DNA of 64,000 nucleotides from Longimicrobiales bacterium (lineage in GTDB: Bacteria > Gemmatimonadota > Gemmatimonadetes > Longimicrobiales > Gaopeijiaceae), in contig CBDANQ010000057.1 in the NCBI GenBank assembly GCA_965197725.1, positions 64,547 through 128,546 on the forward strand, written 5' to 3'. Position 1 is the first letter of the stretch, and each line of letters begins with the position of its first letter. The notes under the pieces are model-generated. The model saw only the letters and a list, made by a program, of their open reading frames with translations. It ran no database searches and was not told the origin of the DNA. Shown piece by piece: positions 52,168 to 61,943 of the stretch. The position numbers and the translations under genes were made by a program.

Positions 52168-53090
52168 CGTTTCCTGCCCAACCGTTCACGCGCCATCAGG
52201 TACTGAAAGAGCGCCAAATCGAGTGGGTTCGAGGTGTCGAGCAGCGTGTAGTCGATCCGGTTGTCAGTAAAGCGACGCTTGATCTCCTCGAGATGGCCCT
52301 TCACGAGGCGGATGTAGTCCTCCTTCAACCGGTTCGGGATCACGGGGATCTGTTCTCCCGTCTCGAGATCCTCGAAACCCGACGGTTCTTCAAAGGGAAA
52401 TCCTAGTTCGGCCGGGTCCAGCACGTGAAAGACGATAACGTCGTGGCCTCGAGCCCTGAGCGGCCCGATCGCCTCGAGGATGGTGTCCGGCTCTTCGTAG
52501 AAGTCCGAGATCACCACGATGATGCCCTTTCGGCCGAGCAGCTCCGCCATCTGTATGGAAGGTTCGTAGAGGCTACCCGCGCGTCCGGCCTCGGCCCGGT
52601 GGAGCACGTGCAGGATGGTGTCCATGTGCTTCATGGACGGCGGCACGTACTCCACGATCTCATGATCGAACGTGATCATGCCCACACGGTCACGTTGTCG
52701 ATGCGAGAAGAAGGTCAAGCATGCCGCGAGGTACCGCGCGTAGTCGAGCTTCGTGACCTCGTGGCTGCCGTAGCTCATCGACTTCGAGACATCGAGCAAC
52801 ACGGCGAAGTTGGTGTTGGTATCAGCCTCGAAGAGCTTGATGTAGTGACGGTCGGAGCGCGCGAAGAGCTTCCAGTCGACGCGCCGGATGTCGTCTCCGG
52901 GCATGTACTGCCGGTGCTCGGCGAAGTCCATGCTGAAGCCGAGGTAGGGCGAGCGATGCAGCCCGGTCAGGAAGCCGTCGACGACGGTCCTGGCCAGTAG
53001 CTCGAGGTTACTGATGCGAGCGAGGATCGCAGGGTCGAGGAACTGACCCCCGCCCTTCGCCGCCGCCGGGGCTCGCGTGTGCGCCGTCAC
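52164..53090 (-). CDS. DUF58 (vWA-like) protein
   Basis: GLHRSPYLGFSMDFAEHRQYMPGDDIRRVDWK, LDVSKSM, ISDF. Confidence 0.92.
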   Translation of the reverse strand: MTAHTRAPAAAKGGGQFLDPAILARISNLELLARTVVDGFLTGLHRSPYLGFSMDFAEHRQYMPGDDIRRVDWKLFARSDRHYIKLFEADTNTNFAVLLDVSKSMSYGSHEVTKLDYARYLAACLTFFSHRQRDRVGMITFDHEIVEYVPPSMKHMDTILHVLHRAEAGRAGSLYEPSIQMAELLGRKGIIVVISDFYEEPDTILEAIGPLRARGHDVIVFHVLDPAELGFPFEEPSGFEDLETGEQIPVIPNRLKEDYIRLVKGHLEEIKRRFTDNRIDYTLLDTSNPLDLALFQYLMARERLGRKR

Positions 53091-53100
53091 GATCGCCTCC

Positions 53101-54141
53101 CTACATCTCCGACGCCGGGACCGGCACGGCCTCTAGCAACATGTCGACCAGCAGGCTGGCCGTCTTGCCTTCCGACTCCGCGTGGAAGTTCGTGAGCACG
53201 CGGTGGCGCATCACCGGCTGAGCGAGGGCCTTGATATCCTCGAAGGAGACGTGGTAGCGGCCCTGCGTGATCGCGCGTGCCTTCGAGCCGAGCACTAGGT
53301 ACTGCGCCGCTCGGACTGAAGCACCGTATGCGATCCACTTGTTCACGAAGTCGAGTGAGTCGCTGTTGGGGCTGGGGCGGCTCGCGCGAGCCAGCGCCAC
53401 CGCATACTTGAGCACCGATTCGGAAACCGGAACACGCCGAACGAGCTCCTGGAAGGCGACGAGGTCAGCGCCGCTCACCGCGTGGCTGAACTTCGGGTCG
53501 AGGACGCTGGTCGTCGTGCGCACGACCTCCAGCTCCTCATCCTCCGGCATGTGATCGATGATGATCTGGAACATGAACCGGTCGAGCTGCGCCTCAGGAA
53601 GCGGGTATGTCCCCTCGAGCTCGATCGGGTTCTGAGTGGCGAAGACGAAGAACGGCTCCTCGAGCACGTACGTTCGGCCCTGAACCGTGACCCGGTGTTC
53701 CTGCATCGCCTCGAGGAGAGCGGACTGCGTCTTCGGCGGTGTGCGGTTGATCTCGTCGGCGAGCAGGATGTTCGCGAAGACCGGCCCTGGCGAGAAGACC
53801 ATCTCGCGACGTCCAGTCTCCGCGTCTTCCTGGATGATGTCCGTGCCGGTGATGTCCGAGGGCATCAGGTCCGGCGTGAACTGGATGCGCGAGAACTTCA
53901 GATCCACGACCTGCGCGATCGTGTGGATCAGGAGCGTCTTCGCAAGACCAGGCACGCCCACGATGAGGCTGTTGCCGCCGACGAAGAGCGTGAGCAGGAC
54001 CTCCTCGATCACGTCCTCCTGGCCGATGATCAACTTGTGGAGCTCGCTGAGAATCTGCTCGCGGCCGCTCTTCATTCTATCCGCGAGTGCTACGTCGTCT
54101 GGGCTGTCGAGCACAACCGTTCCGATCGCGTCATCCGCCAA
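53101..54141 (-). CDS. moxR: MoxR-family AAA+ ATPase
   Basis: GVPGLAKT, RIQFTPDLMPSD, ADEINRTPPKTQSALLEAM, ATQNPIE, LPEAQLDRF. Confidence 0.95.
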   Translation of the reverse strand: MADDAIGTVVLDSPDDVALADRMKSGREQILSELHKLIIGQEDVIEEVLLTLFVGGNSLIVGVPGLAKTLLIHTIAQVVDLKFSRIQFTPDLMPSDITGTDIIQEDAETGRREMVFSPGPVFANILLADEINRTPPKTQSALLEAMQEHRVTVQGRTYVLEEPFFVFATQNPIELEGTYPLPEAQLDRFMFQIIIDHMPEDEELEVVRTTTSVLDPKFSHAVSGADLVAFQELVRRVPVSESVLKYAVALARASRPSPNSDSLDFVNKWIAYGASVRAAQYLVLGSKARAITQGRYHVSFEDIKALAQPVMRHRVLTNFHAESEGKTASLLVDMLLEAVPVPASEM

Positions 54142-54220
54142 GGTGTTCTCCGGGGTCAGGGGACGTTGAGGGCCCGCATTAGTCGTTCAGGGAACCCTTC
54201 TGCGCAATGGTCGTGTCGTT

Positions 54221-54946
54221 CTAGTGCGTGTGCGCATACACGATATAGTTCACGCCGAGTTTGTACGCCTCGTTCGAGAGGTCGATGGGGAAGTATCCCA
54301 TGTCGCTGAACTCCCAATACTCCGCGATGTCGTTGTTGAAGTTGAACATGACCATCATCCGCTTCTCCGGGTCGTTGTCCTCGAAGATCGCGTAGTACTG
54401 AACGTCTCGCGGTCCGTAGGGGGGAATCACATCAAGCGGATCGATACGGAAGAAGGAGTCGAAGATGTCGTGGTCGTGATCGAGAGAGACGATCGAGAGA
54501 CCGGGCAGGGCGCGCTCCATGTGAAGCGCGAAGTTCTGGTACTCGAAGCCACGTTCGCCGCGTGTGTCGTCGACGATCAAGAAGCCGCCTTTCAAGAGGT
54601 ACTGGCCGAGCGCCCGTACCTCTTGGTTGCGCGGGTTCCAGTAGCCCACCTCCACGATGTACGCGATCGGGTACTTGAGTAGCTCCGGGTCGTCCAGGGT
54701 CGTCTCCTTGAGGATCCGCAGGAAGTTGCGCTCGGCACGGGGATAGTCGTGCGACCACGTTCCGCCGCGACGCCCGCGTCGGAATCCCCCGAAGCCACCA
54801 CCGCCCCCGTCGTACCGGACACGCACGAAGTGGTACTTGCTGTCGTACGGAGCGTTGAGGTCGTCGTACGACTGCGTGGCAGCCACGCGCCACGCGGTGG
54901 CGGAGCCGACGAAGAGCAGGGCGATCAGGGTCCTCGCACCGCTCAA
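54221..54946 (-). CDS. DUF4159-domain protein
   Basis: WSHDYP, DDPEL, YLLKGGFLIVDD, NNDIAEYWE, GVNYIVYAHTH. Confidence 0.85.
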   Translation of the reverse strand: MSGARTLIALLFVGSATAWRVAATQSYDDLNAPYDSKYHFVRVRYDGGGGGFGGFRRGRRGGTWSHDYPRAERNFLRILKETTLDDPELLKYPIAYIVEVGYWNPRNQEVRALGQYLLKGGFLIVDDTRGERGFEYQNFALHMERALPGLSIVSLDHDHDIFDSFFRIDPLDVIPPYGPRDVQYYAIFEDNDPEKRMMVMFNFNNDIAEYWEFSDMGYFPIDLSNEAYKLGVNYIVYAHTH

Positions 54947-57564
54947 TTAGCCGCCCTCGCTCGCGCCCGTATCTCGAGCAGCAGTTCCAGAGCCTCTTCG
55001 TAGTTGGGGGCTGCGTCGAGTGCCTGCAGCACCGCTCGACGCGCGCTCGCCCGGTCGCCTGCGTCCCGGTGGGCCACCCCGAGCAGATAGAGCGCCTCCG
55101 CCATGTCCGTGGGGTTGAGTGCAACGACCGCCTCCCGCTCGCGGACCGCTCCTTCGAAGAATCTCACCTGGCTGTGTAGTTCGGCGAGGCGCAGGTGCAG
55201 ATCGATGTCGTACGGCCAGATGAGCACCGCCTTGTCCAGCGCGCGCGCCGCCTCCTCGGGGCGTCCGAGCTCCTCGAGTACGTTGGCTTGCAGCACGAAG
55301 GCGTGGTAATTCGACTCTGAGAAGTCAGTCAGACGCGCGAGCGCGGCGGCCGCGCGCTCCAAGTCGCCCTCCGCTCGGTGGATCTGGGCCAAATGCCAAT
55401 AGGGGCTGTCAGCTCCGCCGTACTCGGGAAAAATGCGCAGCGCCGCGTCGAGATGAGGCTTCGCGTCGTCGAACCGCTCCTCACCCGTCAGCGCGGCGCC
55501 GAGCCGGAGCCGCCCGACCAAGTCGCCCGGATTGCCCCGCACGAAGTCCTCCAGATCGCGAGTACTCGCCGCTGGGCCCGGCGGGTCACCGATTTCGACG
55601 AGTCCCCGGAGCGGCCCGCGGAAGCGTGTCTTCAGGTAGTCGTCGAAGTCGTCGTCGAACTCATCGAGCGGCCTGTCCAGAACAGACTCGAAGAGATCCG
55701 CCGTCGTCTCCCCGCGGCGGTACCCGTCGAGCATGTCGCGGATGGCGTCGAAGCCGTACCGATCCTCGATGACCTGAAAGACGAGCGATGCCTGGTAGTA
55801 CGAGAAGATCACCTGCTGCGGATAGTCTGGCCGCATGAAGCCGTCGTTCAGATCGCTCACCTTCTTGAGGTCGCCGTCCCGGAGCGCGCGCAGGAACGGG
55901 ATGTTCGGCTGGTGACCCCATCCGGGGCGGGCCTTGCGCTGTTCGTGCACCGCGAGGCCTTCGGAGAACCAACGCGGGACACGGTGGTCGGTCATGCCCA
56001 GGTGGAACGTGTGCGCGAGCTCGTGCCAGAAGACCGACGCCCAGTTGTAATCACCGAGTTCACGCGCGCCGGGAGAGTCCATGACGAGCACGCTGCCGAA
56101 GCTCACACCGAGCGCGCCGAGCCCTGGCTCACCGAGAGCGCGTACCGAGAAGTCCGCGTGACTCGGGAAGAGCTCGGCGCGCACTGGTAGCGGCGGCTCG
56201 ATTCCGTACCGGCGGGAGAGGCTGTCGTACGCCTCCTCGGCAATGGGAGCGAGGTACGTCGCGAGCAAGTCCGACTCGGTGCCGTGCAAGAAGAGCTCGA
56301 AGTGCTCCGTCGAGATCGACTCGAAGCGCTCGAAGGTGTCGAGCAGGTCGAGGCTGTTCTTGAACCACGGGTTGTAAGGGTCACCCTCGAAGGCGCGCTC
56401 GAGGTCTGCGCGTCCTTCTTCGATGTCGCCCAGCCTCAGCTCGTTCAAGCCGAGCAGGCCCCACGCTTCCCAGGAGGCCGAGTCAAGCTCAATGGCGGCG
56501 TTGGCGCGGACAACCGCCTCGGCGTAGCGGCGGGTCTGGACGGACAGCTCGGCGAGCGTCGCGTCGAGCGCGGCGTAGCGCGGGTTTATGGCGAGCGCTC
56601 GCGAGCGGACGTCTCGAAACTCCGCGATCTCTCCGGCGAGAAGGTGCGAGCCCGCGAGCACGGTGAGCGCGGAGAGCGAGTTGGGGTTCACCCGCAAAGC
56701 CGTTTCTACCTCTTGGCGAGCCTCAGCGTGTCCTTCGCGCGTGAGGTGCTGCCGGGCCAGAATCGTCCGCGCCTCCACATGGTTCGGGTTCACTTCGAGC
56801 AGCCGACTCAGCACGTCGCTCGCCCCCGACGCACCGTCGAACTCGAGAGCCTCAGCGAGCCCGAGCAGGGCGCCCGGATGACGCGGGTTCATGGCGAGCA
56901 CTTTCTGAAACTCGGCTTGTGCCGAGGGGCTCTCGTACTTCCCGAGGAAGAGTGAGCCAGCCCGGACGAGCGGCTCCGGCCATCCAGGGTCGGCGCTCGA
57001 CGCCTCGTCGAAGGCCCGAAGCGCGTCGCGGAAGAGATCCGGCTCGGCCCGCCCGAGGAAGCTCATCGCGCGCCCCACCGCGACGAGATCCGCCGCACGC
57101 AGCCGACCATCCGCGTCGTTGTACACGTCGAAGAACCGGTCGAAGCTCCGCATGGCCTCGTCGATGTCACCTCGGTTGAACAGCAACTCCGCGAGGTTCA
57201 CCTCCGCCGTCAGCGCGTCGGCCGCGCGGTCGTCGATCGCGCGCTGAAAGGCCGTCGCGGCCTCGCCTAGCCTCCCCTTGAGGACGAGCACCTCTCCCAT
57301 CGCATTCGCGACCCCGACGGGTTCCGGAGCCTCGAGCGCGACGCTTTGAGCCTCGTCGTATTCACCCCTGGTCGCGAGCACCTCGATCAGGCCGAGGCGC
57401 GCCCTCAGCGAGGTGGCGTCTTCTCTCAGCACGCGCCGGAACGTGCGCTCCGCGTCCTCATATTCGCCGCTGCGCAACTCTCCGTACGCGTCGGCTACGG
57501 TTTGGCCCGCGATGGGCACCGCCCACAGCAACAAGAAGACCGGAAGCGATCGCGCCGATCTCAA
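54943..57564 (-). CDS. Secreted TPR-repeat protein with gluzincin (peptidase MA-like) domain
   Basis: Signal peptide, many TPRs, HELAH...PRWFSEGLA. Confidence 0.85.
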   Translation of the reverse strand: MRSARSLPVFLLLWAVPIAGQTVADAYGELRSGEYEDAERTFRRVLREDATSLRARLGLIEVLATRGEYDEAQSVALEAPEPVGVANAMGEVLVLKGRLGEAATAFQRAIDDRAADALTAEVNLAELLFNRGDIDEAMRSFDRFFDVYNDADGRLRAADLVAVGRAMSFLGRAEPDLFRDALRAFDEASSADPGWPEPLVRAGSLFLGKYESPSAQAEFQKVLAMNPRHPGALLGLAEALEFDGASGASDVLSRLLEVNPNHVEARTILARQHLTREGHAEARQEVETALRVNPNSLSALTVLAGSHLLAGEIAEFRDVRSRALAINPRYAALDATLAELSVQTRRYAEAVVRANAAIELDSASWEAWGLLGLNELRLGDIEEGRADLERAFEGDPYNPWFKNSLDLLDTFERFESISTEHFELFLHGTESDLLATYLAPIAEEAYDSLSRRYGIEPPLPVRAELFPSHADFSVRALGEPGLGALGVSFGSVLVMDSPGARELGDYNWASVFWHELAHTFHLGMTDHRVPRWFSEGLAVHEQRKARPGWGHQPNIPFLRALRDGDLKKVSDLNDGFMRPDYPQQVIFSYYQASLVFQVIEDRYGFDAIRDMLDGYRRGETTADLFESVLDRPLDEFDDDFDDYLKTRFRGPLRGLVEIGDPPGPAASTRDLEDFVRGNPGDLVGRLRLGAALTGEERFDDAKPHLDAALRIFPEYGGADSPYWHLAQIHRAEGDLERAAAALARLTDFSESNYHAFVLQANVLEELGRPEEAARALDKAVLIWPYDIDLHLRLAELHSQVRFFEGAVREREAVVALNPTDMAEALYLLGVAHRDAGDRASARRAVLQALDAAPNYEEALELLLEIRARARAAN

Positions 57565-58592
57565 GCGTCGCCTCCCTCCTTCGCTCGGATCTCACGGGTC
57601 TTGAGCGCCAATTCGATGAGCAGGGCCTCCATCTCCGCGAGATAGGCGTCCTCGTCCATGAAGTCGCGCACCGCACGCAATTGACCGATGCGCTCCTGGA
57701 TCTCGATGCGCTCTCCGTACAGGCGAGCGAGTTCCGGATCGTCGGGCGACTGAGCCGCTGTGCCGGCGCTTACGCCCAATTGAAACGTCGCTGCGAGCAG
57801 ACCGTCGGGTCCCGTGAGTCCCGCATCGTGACTGCCTTCGCCATCGCCGTTGTCGTCGAGCAGCGCGTGCTCCGTCAGGAGCTCGTTCTGTTCCTCGTAC
57901 AGCCGCTTGACCTCTTGGCGGGTGTACAGAAACGCCTCGAGCAGAGAGATCCGCTCGTCGTGGTCCAGGTCCGCACCTTCCTCCGTAAACGCCCCGACGA
58001 AGAACTGGGGGAATTCGGTCGCATTGCGCTCTCGCCCGGTGCGCGTCGCGGTGATGACGATCCGGTTCGGACCCGAGAGCGGAGTCAGGAAGCCCCCGCT
58101 GGCGCTGCCCGTGTGCACGAGTGCCAGGGTTTGCGTCGGAAAGGGGATGAGCCCGGTCTGTAGGTCCGAAGGCGTAAGGTCGGGGCCTGGCAGGTTGAAC
58201 TGAGCCTCGTTGCGATCCGAGGTCCCGTGTCCGATGAGGACCACGAGCAGGCGATCCATCGGCTGAGCGCGCGCGCCAACCTCGCCCAAAGCCCTGAAGA
58301 GGTTGGCTCGTGTCGACTTGTGCGCGATGACGTCGGGCGCGTCATCCGGTCGCTCGCCCAGATAGACGACGTTTTCCGCCGGGATGCCGTGGCGTTCCGT
58401 GAGCGCGGCCTTCAACGCGACGGCCTGGCTGTGAAAGCGCTCCCGGTACTCGACGCTGCCACCCAGTCCCACAACGATGATCGCGTGCGTCCTCCCCTGC
58501 TGGGCCTGCAGACCGAGCGGAAACGCCACAGTCGCCAGAAGCGCGGCGAGAAGAACGCCCGAGCTTGTATTGGGCACGCGACCCGGGATCAA
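57561..58592 (-). CDS. Secreted protein with caspase/legumain-like (clan CD) fold features
   Basis: Signal peptide; LIGHGT, HTGSASGGF, VITAT; EF-hand-like DLDHDERIS and DDNGDG. Confidence 0.6.
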   Translation of the reverse strand: MIPGRVPNTSSGVLLAALLATVAFPLGLQAQQGRTHAIIVVGLGGSVEYRERFHSQAVALKAALTERHGIPAENVVYLGERPDDAPDVIAHKSTRANLFRALGEVGARAQPMDRLLVVLIGHGTSDRNEAQFNLPGPDLTPSDLQTGLIPFPTQTLALVHTGSASGGFLTPLSGPNRIVITATRTGRERNATEFPQFFVGAFTEEGADLDHDERISLLEAFLYTRQEVKRLYEEQNELLTEHALLDDNGDGEGSHDAGLTGPDGLLAATFQLGVSAGTAAQSPDDPELARLYGERIEIQERIGQLRAVRDFMDEDAYLAEMEALLIELALKTREIRAKEGGDA

Positions 58593-60868
58593 ACCAGGCC
58601 CCTCAAGCGGCGGAAGCCCCACTCTGCGCCCATGAGTGTGAGCATCAGGAAGAAGACGAACGGCATGTCCCACAGGGACATCTGTTCGACGAGGGTCACG
58701 CCCGCACCGGTGATGCTGATGTCGTCGGGAAGCGTCCCGATGTCCTTTGGAGTGTAGAACTGACCACCGGTCTCGTCGGCGATACGCCGCAGCGTCTGTG
58801 TGTGGCGGTTCGCGCCGAAGTATTCCGCGTCGCTGGGAGCCGTGTGCAGGTAGGTCCGGTCGGAGCCGAGCGTCATGCCGTCTCGCTCGGCGTTGATTTC
58901 GACCTCGTACTCACCGAGCTCGCTCGGGCGAAACTCGACCGCGTATTCGCCATCCCGCTCGACGGTCCACTCGACCGGAACCTCCTCCACGAGCCCACTC
59001 GGGCTTGTGATGCGCGCGGTCACGGACGCGTCGTTCACCTCGATGTAGGTGGAGTCACCGACCGTCGCGATGAGCCGCACGCTCTCCCCGGGCTCCACCT
59101 GCTCTTGTTCCGTGATCGCCTCGACGGCATCTGGCACACCGTCGATGAGCCACCGCAGTGCCTGCGTCCAGAAGGTCTCGTGACTCTGATCTTCGAGCGG
59201 CGGAATCATCTGCCACAGCCAGGAGTCCTGGACGGTCATCGCGATGGACTTGCCCCGCCCGTACCGTTGAAAGGCCAGTACCACCTGATCGTCGCGCAGG
59301 TCCCGGCTCGTTCCGGTGAGCAACTCTGTCGCTCCTGGCCGGACTTCCGAGATCGGGTTGACGATCGTGACCGGAGGGAGCGAGTCCCAGCGCGCGCTCA
59401 CGGCTTCGCCGTCCTGGCCGAGCTGGACCGCGGCGTGCGCCAACCCCGCTGGCGTAGGCCTCACGGCGATCTCCGCAAAGAAACCCTCTTCGCCGCCAGC
59501 GGGCTCGCCCAGCACCACGGGCATCACCTCCTCGACCGGCGTACCCGCCCAGCCGCCTTCGGCGAAGGCGCTGCGGCCACCGAGCATGAGCAGGCCGCCC
59601 CCGCGCTCGGAGACGAAGTCCGCGATCATCTGGAGCTGATCGTGCGCGAAGAACGACGCCTCGACGCTTCCGATGATCAGGGAGCGATAGTGGTACAACT
59701 CCTCGCGACTGGCGGGAAAGCCGAACTGAAGCTCGGTGCTGTCGCTAATCTCGAGGCGCAGGAACTTGCCTTCAGCGGTGCGCTGCAAGACCACGAGCTG
59801 GATATTCTCGTCGTCCGCTACGGCTCGGCGCATGAACTTCAGCTCGAAGCGGGGCTCGCCCTCCAGATAGAGGATCTTCTCCCGTTCCCCGCGAACTTCG
59901 ATTTGCACCGCACGGGCGTTGTTGCGCTCGACGCGTTCTCCGGGTTGCGGCGGGATGCGGAAGTGGATACGCCGTGGGCCTTCTCCTTCCAGCGTGAGGC
60001 TGATGCGTGCGACGACCGGCTCTCCGTCCGGGCCGAGCTCGACGGTTTCCTCGGCCAGGATCTTCAGGTCGTCTTCAACGATGATCGGCACGGCCCTCCG
60101 GCCCGACCCGGTCTGCGTCACCACGACGTCCACGACGAGGGCAGAGCCCTCGAGCACGGATCGGGGCATTTCCACCCGTCCGAGCTCGATGTCGGGGGCG
60201 ATCGCTTCTTCGCCGAGTCCCACGGTGAAGACCGGAACGCCCGCCGCTTGCAGCGGGACCAAGGCCTCGGTCAGGGGCCGGTCGGCGTTGTGCGCGCCGT
60301 CGGTGATCATAATGAGGCCCGACAGCGGCACGCCTGACAGCTCCTCACGCGCGGCGTCGAGTGCGCCGCCGAGGTCCGTGTGCGTGCCGTTGAAAGTCAG
60401 GTCGCCGAGCCCGTCGATGCGATTGGCGACATCGGAGAAGCGGAAGAAGCGGAGCACGAAGCGATCGGACAGAGCGGCGAGCACCTCGCTCTCGTCCGGC
60501 GTGAACGCCTTCTGCAGAAAAGACATGCGGGGGGTGTCGTCCTCGTCCGGGAGCAGCATGCTCTGGGAGTCGTCGATGAGCACGCCGACGAAGTTCTGCT
60601 GCGGGACCACAGTCGAGAGAATGAGCGCTGGCTGCAGGAGACAGAAGACGAGCAGCGCGAGCAGCGCGACGCGCAGCCCGGCCATGATGCCGCGATCGAC
60701 TACCGTGCTCTTGCCTCGGGCGATCGTGTAGCTCGCGACCGCGGCGGCTCCGACCACTCCGGCAGCGACCAGCCACAGCCGCCCGGTACCCGGTGCCGCG
60801 AACGTGAAGTCGCCCTGCTCGAAGACGAGCGGTCGGTACTTGAACAGAACTTCGAAGATGCGGTCCAT
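58589..60868 (-). CDS. Membrane protein with vWA and class I GATase-like domains
   Basis: N-terminal TMs, MIDAS DDSQS, TDG, FVSERGGGLLMLGG, C-terminal EWGFRR. Confidence 0.82.
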   Translation of the reverse strand: MDRIFEVLFKYRPLVFEQGDFTFAAPGTGRLWLVAAGVVGAAAVASYTIARGKSTVVDRGIMAGLRVALLALLVFCLLQPALILSTVVPQQNFVGVLIDDSQSMLLPDEDDTPRMSFLQKAFTPDESEVLAALSDRFVLRFFRFSDVANRIDGLGDLTFNGTHTDLGGALDAAREELSGVPLSGLIMITDGAHNADRPLTEALVPLQAAGVPVFTVGLGEEAIAPDIELGRVEMPRSVLEGSALVVDVVVTQTGSGRRAVPIIVEDDLKILAEETVELGPDGEPVVARISLTLEGEGPRRIHFRIPPQPGERVERNNARAVQIEVRGEREKILYLEGEPRFELKFMRRAVADDENIQLVVLQRTAEGKFLRLEISDSTELQFGFPASREELYHYRSLIIGSVEASFFAHDQLQMIADFVSERGGGLLMLGGRSAFAEGGWAGTPVEEVMPVVLGEPAGGEEGFFAEIAVRPTPAGLAHAAVQLGQDGEAVSARWDSLPPVTIVNPISEVRPGATELLTGTSRDLRDDQVVLAFQRYGRGKSIAMTVQDSWLWQMIPPLEDQSHETFWTQALRWLIDGVPDAVEAITEQEQVEPGESVRLIATVGDSTYIEVNDASVTARITSPSGLVEEVPVEWTVERDGEYAVEFRPSELGEYEVEINAERDGMTLGSDRTYLHTAPSDAEYFGANRHTQTLRRIADETGGQFYTPKDIGTLPDDISITGAGVTLVEQMSLWDMPFVFFLMLTLMGAEWGFRRLRGLV

Positions 60869-60883
60869 CGTGGTCGTGCCGGT

Positions 60884-61756
60884 CTAGTGGCTCATCGCGT
60901 AGACGATCATGTTCGCACCCATTTCGTATGCGTACGTCGAATACTTGAGGGGGTATCGAGGATTCTCGGCCCACTCCCACGCGTCCCCCAGATCCGTGTT
61001 GTGGTTGATGATGACCATGAGCCGGCCTTCATCGTCGTAGATGCCTTTGATCTGGGGCACACACGGCCCACACTCGGAGGTATAGCCGTACACGGCGTTG
61101 TTGATGGCCGGCACCTGCATCACTTGATCGATGTCGTAGTACGCGGAGTAGATCGGGTGGTCGAGTGTGATGTCGACGATCGCTCTGTCCGAGTACACAC
61201 GCCGGATGTTGTACTCGAATTGGTTCCATTGACGCTGGCCCCAGAAGTCGTCCACGATCAGGAAGCCGCCCGCGTCGAGATAGCCCCGCAGCCCCGCGAC
61301 CTCGGAGTCGGTCATGTCCATATAGCCTGGCTCGACCATGTAAATGACCGGGAAACGCCTGAGTTCTGGGTCGGCGAGGCTGATCGCGTTCTCCCAGTCG
61401 TACGCGTCGAGGCGGACGAGTCGCTTGAGCACGATGAGGAACTGTCGATCACCCTTCGGAAAGTCGGTCGCCCATCTGCCGCCGCCCCAGCCGCGGCGTC
61501 CGTAGCCCGAGTAGATGGCCCGCGTCCAGTAGAACGGCCAGCGACCCGAGGCCTCGGAAGGATCCCTGCGCGGCCCGAGCTTACCTGTGAAGGTCGGGCG
61601 TTGGACCCGCGGCGCCTGCTGGGCCATGAGCTCCGCACCCGGCGAGGCGACCTGCGCGGGCTCCTCTACCGCTTCCGCGCGCGGGTCGCATGCCCCGAGG
61701 AACACGGAGACGGCGACAACGGCCAGGGTTGAGCTGGCTTTGGGAGAGAGCCTCAT
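60884..61756 (-). CDS. DUF4159-domain lipoprotein
   Basis: Lipobox LGAC; WATDFP, DPEL, YLDAGGFLIVDDFWG, NTDLGDAWE, GANMIVYAMSH. Confidence 0.85.
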   Translation of the reverse strand: MRLSPKASSTLAVVAVSVFLGACDPRAEAVEEPAQVASPGAELMAQQAPRVQRPTFTGKLGPRRDPSEASGRWPFYWTRAIYSGYGRRGWGGGRWATDFPKGDRQFLIVLKRLVRLDAYDWENAISLADPELRRFPVIYMVEPGYMDMTDSEVAGLRGYLDAGGFLIVDDFWGQRQWNQFEYNIRRVYSDRAIVDITLDHPIYSAYYDIDQVMQVPAINNAVYGYTSECGPCVPQIKGIYDDEGRLMVIINHNTDLGDAWEWAENPRYPLKYSTYAYEMGANMIVYAMSH

Positions 61757-61799
61757 GGGCAATGTTTTCTGGATTGTCAGGCGCGGCGGGTCTCTTTCC

Positions 61800-61824
61800 T
61801 ACGACCCCTTCGGGGGAAGGTTCC
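61800..61824 (-). promoter_or_regulatory. Putative ECF sigma promoter for the DUF4159-MoxR operon
   Basis: Minus strand GGAAC-N16-CGTA about 45 bp upstream of the first gene. Confidence 0.5.
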
Positions 61825-61876
61825 TGACCGCTCGTAGGCGACACCTGCCGCAACGATGCCGCTGAACTCCTCGATC

Positions 61877-61902
61877 TGAACCTCCTTCGTCACCGTGACG
61901 TA
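61877..61902 (+). promoter_or_regulatory. Putative divergent ECF promoter
   Basis: TGAAC-N17-CGTA upstream of ATG 61944. Confidence 0.35.
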
Positions 61903-61943
61903 AGGGCCTGCCACAACACGCGCAAACATGATCCCTTATTGAC

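Noticed and set aside
58565..61732. Long plus-strand ORFs (590 aa, 450 aa) and similar antisense ORFs elsewhere
   Set aside because: Shadow ORFs of high-GC genes, with no motifs and fully overlapping well-supported minus-strand genes
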